A DNA stretch of 64,000 nt from Schmidtea polychroa (Eukaryota). The stretch is taken from assembly GCA_044892525.1 (NCBI GenBank), contig CM097886.1, positions 161,076,001 to 161,140,000 of the forward strand, given 5' to 3'. A program made the translations under genes and the position numbers. Shown piece by piece: positions 59,170-64,000 of this stretch (within the stretch, counting starts at the first letter, position 1; every line of letters begins with the position of its first letter). The notes below the pieces were generated by a model. It was not told where the DNA came from. It saw nothing but the letters and a program-made list of their open reading frames with translations, and did no database searches.

Positions 59170-59340
59170 GCGCACTTTCATGGACATGCTTGAATAATGA
59201 TATCCAACGATAAATTGTGGATATAGAAGGAGATTTGTTGCCATATGCAATTGCCATATTTTTCTTTAAATTCACATAGAATTTTATCACACTTCTGTAT
59301 TCCACCTTATCCATTTGACAAAAAATGGAATTATAAGCAC
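59170..59340 (-). mobile_element. Mariner transposase N-terminal (HTH) fragment
   Basis: MDKVEYRSVIKFY...AYGNKSPSISTIYRWISLFK matches mariner N-termini. Confidence 0.7.
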
Positions 59341-60236
59341 GAACGTCAGTCAATCAGATTATTTAATTTATGCATATAAACAAACATATGTGTAAGTGTT
59401 AAAACAAGCTGGTTTGATTGGTTTATCGTGTTTCTTTCTTAGTCAGTCCCAGGCATTATTGAACGAACTACGTAAGTAGCTATGTGCCATATATTTAGAT
59501 TAATTGTTAAAATGTCAAAAATATCTTTGGTGACGAAAATTTGTACTATTATACTATTTATTATATTATTATTTAAAAACAACCAAACACTAATAAAGAT
59601 GTATTTAAAAATTTAAAATATACAATGTTCATCGTCAAAAGTTTCTTCGGCTATTATAATTTTCCAAATTGGCTTGGTTTGGTTTCTGCTTACATTATAT
59701 CCTTGAATTAATACGGTGATCATGCCGATTATTTTACTCATCTTATCGCCATTGGGAATCATATCCAAATCGCATTTAATAAACATATCTTCATTAAATT
59801 CAATATTTTCGTTCATTCTCTGAAATAATTGTCCAATATCATCTTATCATTGAACTTGATTTTGGAAAATCGAACATTGTAGAAACATTTTCCAAAGTTA
59901 CTGGTTCCTAACAATAAATAAATAATAAAATCCAAAATAACTTATACAAACTTACCTTAAATATATAAGGAAAGTATTTCAATGGCCCAGGAATTAAATA
60001 GACAATATAAATAATATTAATTGGAATTATAGATATTTAGATAATTTTTAGATAAATGTCTATAATTTTCATAAATATCGTCTAAATTATTTGCATTGGT
60101 CATAGGTTACTGAAATATTAATAGAAAGTGCAATATTTAAGTTAAATCCATCTTTAGATCCATCTTTAAATTTGCAGCAAAAATCTTGAAACTAACAATA
60201 TATATTTAATCAAAGAATTTATAAATAACAAGTTTT

Positions 60237-62819
60237 AATTGATTCACAAAAATCGCCAATTCACAATTATTTAAACAAAAAGATATCTAACTCTCCCCTT
60301 CTTAAGAATTTTTCCACTTCTTCAGCCACTCGATTCTTCTTTCTTTCGTTCCTTCTTGTGAATGTAGTTCGACTCGATGAGGTGATAGAAATCTGGCGAT
60401 TTTATATGGGCCATCGTATTGCATACCATCCTTGTGCCTGTTCTGCGGCTCTTTACGTACGAGTACCTCCTCCCCCACCTCGAAAACACGAGTGCCCCTC
60501 TTTGTCCTATCCATAGCTCTCATAGTGTCTGCGGCTTTAACTCGAGTTAAATCTCGCGTCTTCAATTCTTTCGCTTCTTGATATCTGGGCTTGTTTCAGG
60601 TTAGAGTGTAGGTTAACACTCTGTCCATAAATTATCTCAAATGGTGATAAACCTGTAGCACTTTGTCGACTGCTATTTATAGTGAACTCTATTCTGGGTA
60701 GAAGTTTGTGCCAGTTTCTCTCTTCACATCCGCCTGCCAATGTTGCTGTAATAAGATCTCTTATCGTTCGTATGGTTCTTTCGGCTAAACCATTTGATTG
60801 GTGCTGGTAAGGTGAGCTGAATTCCTGTTTGATTCCAAGTTTCTGTAGCTTCTGTCTTAGGAAATTCCCTTCAAAATTTCGGCCTATATCTGTTAAAATG
60901 CTCTTCGGTTTTCCAAATCGGTAGATCCAACTATTAAGTATTGTTTTGAAAATGGTCCCTTCGTCTTGCTTTGTGATTGCAGTTAAAGAAATCAGTTTGC
61001 TAAAACGGTCCACCATTACTACCATATATTTTTTCATGGCGTTTATTTCCATGTAAGCCACATCTATAACAATCTGTTCTAGGAATTCAGAGCTATATCT
61101 AGGAATAAATGTTTCCTTGGTTCTTGTCTGATCGATCTTTCTCTTAGCGCAGATCTCGCAACATTGTAAACAGAGTTGGATTGTTTCTTGCATTTTCGGC
61201 CAATAAAATATCTTTTCCATATAATGAAATAATTTCTTAACTCCAATGTGACATAGTTCTTCATGTAGTGTTGTTGTTAACAGGCCTGCAAATGTTTCTG
61301 GGACTAACATTAATATATTTTTGTTCTTTTCTACTGTTATTAATCCTCCATCAATTCGTGTATTTTTTACGTTAAAAGGAAAACAATTCTTTTTCTCCCG
61401 TATACATCCATTTTCCAATATCTCTCGCAGCTCTTGAAACCGAATGTCCTTTTGTTGTTGTTCCCATACTTTTTCCATAGCTTCTGTTCTTTGGATAGTA
61501 TATATATATATCTAATCTTTGATTTTCCTTGCTTAGCTTCTTCATGTCTTGTTTGACACTGGGTGCAAACCATACTTTTTAATCTTGATAGTCCATCTGC
61601 ATTCGAGTGTTCTTCGCCTTTCCGATATTTTAGTTCAAAATCATATTTCGACAGGTTAGCTAACCATGTTTGATACTGCGGACTGATTGGCGTTTTTGTA
61701 GTGTTCATGAAAACCAATGCCTTGTGGTCGGTGCGAATTATGAATTTTTTCCCGTACAGATATTCTCTAAAATGCATGACGTATTCATGTACGGCGAGCA
61801 GTTCTTTCCTGGTTACACAGTAGCCCTTTTCATGTGATGACATATGTCTCGAGCCATAAGCTATGACAGATTCTTCTCCATCTTCTGTAATTTGACTCAA
61901 AACTGCACCAATGGCTCCGAAACTAGCGTCTGTGTCTAAGATAAAAGTCCTATCTTCTCTTGGAAAATCAAGGATAGGTGCTTCGCACAACCGTCTCTTC
62001 AGAGTTTGGAAGCTCTCATTGCATTCTTTAGTCCAATTTATATCTTTATCGCATCCAGATGTTGCAGCGTATAATGGTTCGGCGATTTTGGCATAGTCTT
62101 TGATGAATCTTCTATAGTAGTTCGTTAATCCGAGAAACGATCTCAATTGTTTTGAACATTTTGGTACTTCTGCTTTCTCGATCTCTTCCACTTTCTTCCT
62201 GTTTGTCTGGATACCCTTCTCGTTAATTGTGTGACCAAGGAAACACAATTCTGTTTTATTGAATTTGCATTTTTCTGGATTTATCTTCAGTCCTGCCATT
62301 TGAATTCTTCTGAATATTTCCCTTAATAGCTCATCGTGGTCTTTTTGACTTTTACCATATACCAGGGGTGGGCACGCATGAGGTCCTAGAGAGCCACATG
62401 GCTCATCAAAGAGCCGCACTTGCCCACCCCTGGTATATAGTGTAGTGAGACATGTATTATTTAAATATTGCTTATAAAAAGAATCAAACAAGGTAGAATG
62501 TAATAAAGAAATATTAAATTTTGATTCTAAATACCGCCATCGAATGACACTATAAATTTTAATTCTGTTTACACCTATTTTGTGACACAGGTAAAAATGA
62601 ACTAACCATGAAAATACAATTGCAACAAAAAATTTTTTTTAAAAATTCAGTTGAAAAAATTTCAAAATAAAAAAAATCGAATTCAATTTTCAAATTCAAT
62701 TATCAAAAATTCAATTATCAATGAGCCGCAGTTTACTCAACGAAGAGCCGCATAACAAGTCTTAATTAATTCACAAAAACCGCCAATTCACAATTATTTA
62801 AACAAACAGATTTCTAACT
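60237..62819 (-). mobile_element. Internally deleted Gypsy element: RT C-terminus, RNase H, integrase (frameshifted), PPT and two LTR starts
   Basis: LVYGKSQ..H...LKINPEKC, FILDTDASFGAIGAVLSQ, HEELCHIG..CEIC, NGLAERTIRT, YDGPY. PPT gaaggggag (60293-60301) is followed by agttaga...; the same ~56-bp sequence recurs at 62764-62819. Confidence 0.88.
62358..62437. mobile_element. Tiny hAT-like remnant with 17-bp inverted repeats
   Basis: tataccaggggtgggca ... tgcccacccctggtata; core CAGGGGTGGGCA and gagccgca subterminal motif typical of hAT elements; no matching 8-bp TSD. Confidence 0.6.
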
Positions 62820-62906
62820 ATTTATATACCTATTGAGTTTTTTTGAGTTTTTTTGGATCAATTAGTGTGCTATAAAACTATAATTATTATGGTTTATAAT
62901 TAGGTA

Positions 62907-63085
62907 NNNNNNNNNNNNNNNNNNNNNNNNNNNNNNNNNNNNNNNNNNNNNNNNNNNNNNNNNNNNNNNNNNNNNNNNNNNNNNNNNNNNNNNNNNNNNN
63001 NNNNNNNNNNNNNNNNNNNNNNNNNNNNNNNNNNNNNNNNNNNNNNNNNNNNNNNNNNNNNNNNNNNNNNNNNNNNNNNNNNNNN
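62907..63085. other. Assembly gap (N run)
   Basis: Run of N. Confidence 1.
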
Positions 63086-64000
63086 TTAAATGATAATTTA
63101 GGCATTTGTTGTCAAGTATATATTTAATAAAATGAAATATAAATTCAAAATATAAATTTGCCACTAAAATATTAATAATATATAACTACGACTTGTTTAT
63201 TTTATATTTATCAGGTTCTTTATATCCTCGATGCTGTGTATCTGGAATCGGGCATAACTCCAAATGCCATGATCGAATGACATCATATTACGGTCGTAGA
63301 TTCAACGGAATCGAATACTTTATATGTCCCAAATGCAAGACTATTTTTTGCAAGACTACTTCTACTTTTAAAGAGTTTTATAGTGAGCACTCTACACATT
63401 TAAATCAGTTTTCATCAAATAAGAAGGAAATGTTTAGAGAAATCTTTAATAGGCAATCTGTTAATATAATTAATAATAATAATAATAATAAAAGGCATGC
63501 AGCAAATAAAAATAATGTTGTCGCCACTACAAGTATTAAAAAAGATAGGCAAAATCTTAAAATAATTAATAATAACAATAAAAGGTCTGCAGAAAATAAA
63601 AATGAAGTTGTCGCAACTAAAATTATTAAAAAGAGATTATAATTATAAGTGACGATGAAACCGATGTTGCTGATTCCCCTTGTATTCCTATTAATCAAGT
63701 AGGAGGGTCTTTATATGTAGGCGATGATCCTATTATAACTATCGAGTTTCAAGGTGCTCGAAAAAATCTAAGGTTTGATGTTTCTAAGCATCAATTGATT
63801 CAAATATCTTTAACCGATAAAATTAGCCACCGTCTAGCATTAGAAATAATGGGGTCTGTAAAAATACAATTTACAGATTTTATCCAATTTGAAAAAGATG
63901 GATAAATTAGGGACAACTATTTTTCAAATACAGCACTTGTTTTCTCGGATGATTTTTTGATTAAAGGGTCACAAAAATTAAAAGAGAAAATAGATAAATT

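Noticed and set aside
62358-62491. N-terminus of the 374-aa ORF (MFDSFYKQ...PHACPP)
   Set aside because: Read-through into the hAT remnant and flank, not RT sequence.
63193-64000. 149-aa Cys-containing ORF with Asn run and two similar ~57-bp units, plus a downstream partial frame
   Set aside because: No recognisable domain, lies between a gap and the window end; cannot distinguish gene from TE debris.

Overview
AT-rich eukaryotic (metazoan) genomic DNA with three assembly gaps. The composition and the element below suggest a planarian flatworm, but that is inference. The window is dominated by one apparently intact, very young, 30,216-bp Ty3/Gypsy-type LTR element at 22904-53119 (+ strand). 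It has near-identical 4,150-bp LTRs, a 4-bp ATTC target-site duplication and a tRNA-Pro-like PBS. Its size matches the 'Burro' giant retroelements described from Schmidtea mediterranea. It encodes a single 4,617-aa polyprotein in the unusual order Gag(3xCCHC) - 3 ubiquitin-like domains - Bcl-2-like domain - signal peptide/chuvirus-gB-type envelope glycoprotein/TM - protease - RT - RNase H - integrase - duplicated ankyrin module - second type-I membrane protein. Its accessory ORFs are an LTR-encoded ORF, an IAP-type RING ORF, a complete intronless TRAF, three coiled-coil ORFs and a small membrane protein. The 3' accessory ORFs are separated by short spacers that each carry TGTAHATA motifs, AATAAA and a TAG just before the next ATG, which looks like an operon-like or multi-acceptor expression unit. 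Outside the element are a two-exon PPP1R3-family glycogen-targeting PP1 subunit gene (minus strand, ~15.3-kb intron), a single-exon secreted protein of unknown function, and many decayed transposons (pogo/Tigger, Tc1/IS630, mariner, hAT remnant, Gypsy gag/pol fragments, related LTR remnants). All domain calls come from motif recognition by eye; no database search was run.
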